From: Vicinamibacterales bacterium
GTDB taxonomy: Bacteria; Acidobacteriota; Vicinamibacteria; Vicinamibacterales; UBA2999
Length of the DNA stretch: 64,000 nucleotides
Direction of reading: 5' to 3'
Assembly (NCBI GenBank): GCA_035649635.1
Contig: DASRJE010000193.1
Location: 12,072-76,071, forward strand
Shown piece by piece: positions 62,608 to 64,000 of this stretch. Made by a program: the position numbers and the translations under genes. The first letter of the stretch is position 1. Each line of letters opens with the position of its first letter. The notes under the pieces are model-generated. The model made no database searches and had not been told where the DNA came from. It saw only the letters and a list, made by a program, of their open reading frames with translations.

Positions 62608-64000
62608 ATGGCCAACCCACGACGCGATCCTCTTGCTGTTCGAGTATCAATGGCGCTGTTCCGGGCCATCAAAGTTCTCGTGCCGTCGGCCATTCGCCAC
62701 GATTGGCTACGCGAGTGGGAAGCGGAGGTTCGTCACCGCTGGACGACCGTGGCGCGAGGGCGCGAGGTGCGCTGGCAGGATCAGGCCGACGTCGTCCGTC
62801 GATCGACCGGTGCGATCAGCGATGCGGCCTGGCTGCGACAGCAGTTCACCGCCGACCACGACATCATGCGCGATGTGCACTACGCCATGCGCATGCTCAG
62901 TCGCCGGCCGCTGATCTCGACGCTTGCCGTGGTTGTTCTGGCGATCGGCATCGGCGGCACAGTGGCCGTCTTCTCCGTCGTCGACACCCTGCTTCTTCGG
63001 GAACTGCCGTATCGAGACCCCGAGCGGATCGTGACGCTGTGGCTCACGCAACGCGATCATCCCGAGGACCGTGAAGGGGTTGCGCCCGGCGCGTTTCTCG
63101 ATTGGCACGACCGATCGAAGTCCTTCAGCCATATTGCGGCGGCAAGCCCGGAGAGCTTCGACTACTTCGACGGCACCGAGCCGGAGACCGTCATTGGCGC
63201 TCGAGTCACAGAAGGATTCTTCGACGCGCTTGGCGTCCAACCCGCGCTGGGGCGGCTGTTCGTCCCGCGCGAATACACCGTCTTTCCATCGAGCGTCGTC
63301 GTGATCAGCCACGGTGCCTGGCAGCGGATGTTCGCCGGAGACCCGGCTATCGTCGGCCGCAAGGTCGTACTCGAAGGGGAGCCACTCGAAGTTGTGGGTG
63401 TGCTGCCGAGATGGTTTCATCCGTCAGTCCTCGGGCGCCTTCGGCAGGAAGAGGTCTGGGTTCCCGGAACGCTGAAAAATCCGGAGTTCGCGAACAGACG
63501 CACACGTTACTGGGGCTCTGTCGCGCGGCTGGCGCCGGGCGTCGACATCGACAGCGCCCGCGCGGAACTCTCGATCATCTCCGAGCAGCTTTCGCGTGAA
63601 TACCCGATTGTGCTCGGTGCGATGACCGCTACCGTCGTCCCCTTCCGCGATCACCTCGCTGGCCCCATTCGCGATCCGTTGCGTGTCCTCCTGGGAGCAG
63701 TCTTGCTGGTGCTCCTGCTCGGATGCGCAAACGTCGCGAGCCTGCTGCTGAGCAGCGCCGCGGCTCGCCAGCGCGAGTTTGCGGTGCGCGCCGCGATTGG
63801 CGCAAATCGCTGGCGGCTCGTTCGACAGACTCTGGTCGAAAGTCTCGTCCTCTCGATGCTCGCGTGCCTGGCTGGACTCGCAATCGCGCGAACCGCGATC
63901 GATGCTTTCGTCGTGATTGGCTCGACGACGGTACCGCAGCTCTCAGAGCTCGCGCTGGATGGCCGCCTCGTCGTCTTTGCGCTCGTGACGTCCGCGCTGA
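62608..64000 (+). CDS. ADOP-family permease (N-terminal 464 aa; continues past the right edge)
   Basis: My own translation from ATG 62608 is open to the window end and absent from the ORF track: MANPRRDPLAVRVSMALFRAIKVLVPSAIRHDWLREWEAEV...DVHYAMRMLSRRPLISTLAVVVLAIGIGGTVAVFSVVDTLLL...GCANVASLLLSSAAARQREFAVRAAIGANR. Confidence 0.85.
   Translation, partial: MANPRRDPLAVRVSMALFRAIKVLVPSAIRHDWLREWEAEVRHRWTTVARGREVRWQDQADVVRRSTGAISDAAWLRQQFTADHDIMRDVHYAMRMLSRRPLISTLAVVVLAIGIGGTVAVFSVVDTLLLRELPYRDPERIVTLWLTQRDHPEDREGVAPGAFLDWHDRSKSFSHIAAASPESFDYFDGTEPETVIGARVTEGFFDALGVQPALGRLFVPREYTVFPSSVVVISHGAWQRMFAGDPAIVGRKVVLEGEPLEVVGVLPRWFHPSVLGRLRQEEVWVPGTLKNPEFANRRTRYWGSVARLAPGVDIDSARAELSIISEQLSREYPIVLGAMTATVVPFRDHLAGPIRDPLRVLLGAVLLVLLLGCANVASLLLSSAAARQREFAVRAAIGANRWRLVRQTLVESLVLSMLACLAGLAIARTAIDAFVVIGSTTVPQLSELALDGRLVVFALVTSAL

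Noticed and set aside
1-64000. A search for tRNA, rRNA, CRISPR arrays, integrases, transposases, phage genes, toxin-antitoxin pairs and restriction-modification genes
   Set aside because: No intergenic region has cloverleaf-compatible or rRNA-like sequence. No regularly spaced repeats were seen. No ORF shows recombinase, transposase or recognisable defence-system motifs. The junction anomalies therefore cannot be tied to a visible mobile element.

Overview
The window is a high-GC (roughly 64-66 % by eye) chromosomal segment, very probably from an Acidobacteriota genome. The phylum call rests on four ADOP-type duplicated MacB/FtsX permeases, two of them directly preceded by PadR regulators, plus a TIGR03435-type protein. 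I support about 55 protein-coding genes. I found no rRNA, tRNA, CRISPR array, transposase or integrase.

Recognisable modules, left to right:
- A Zn-ribbon metallopeptidase / circularly permuted ATP-grasp / alpha-E / transglutaminase operon (1-4395, minus strand).
- An XpaC-TelA stress pair (6566-8628).
- A sulfite-oxidase-like molybdoenzyme with an extra N-terminal domain.
- A divergent soxR / SDR / QueA-like unit with a textbook SoxR box.
- A WYL-like protein / internally duplicated unknown protein / DyP peroxidase trio (30.6-33.7 kb).
- A divergon pairing an atypical P450 translationally coupled to an 828-aa di-heme c protein with an NAD-epimerase and a strictosidine-synthase-like propeller (36.5-43.4 kb).
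- A tightly coupled membrane protein / fatty-acid hydroxylase / GH3 amido-synthetase / MLE-subgroup enolase operon (46.3-50.3 kb).
- A classical Ser/Thr kinase-PP2C-FHA operon.

Gene decay is frequent. A kinase and a TIGR03435 gene are each cut off exactly at the stop codon of a convergent neighbour. A PP2C gene survives only as a C-terminal stub. A pseudouridine synthase and one ADOP permease carry single-nucleotide homopolymer frameshifts, and the permease also has an in-frame TAG.

The best candidates for undescribed biology are the DyP trio, the P450 / di-heme pair and the GH3 operon. All family assignments come from reading motifs in the translations. No database search was possible.
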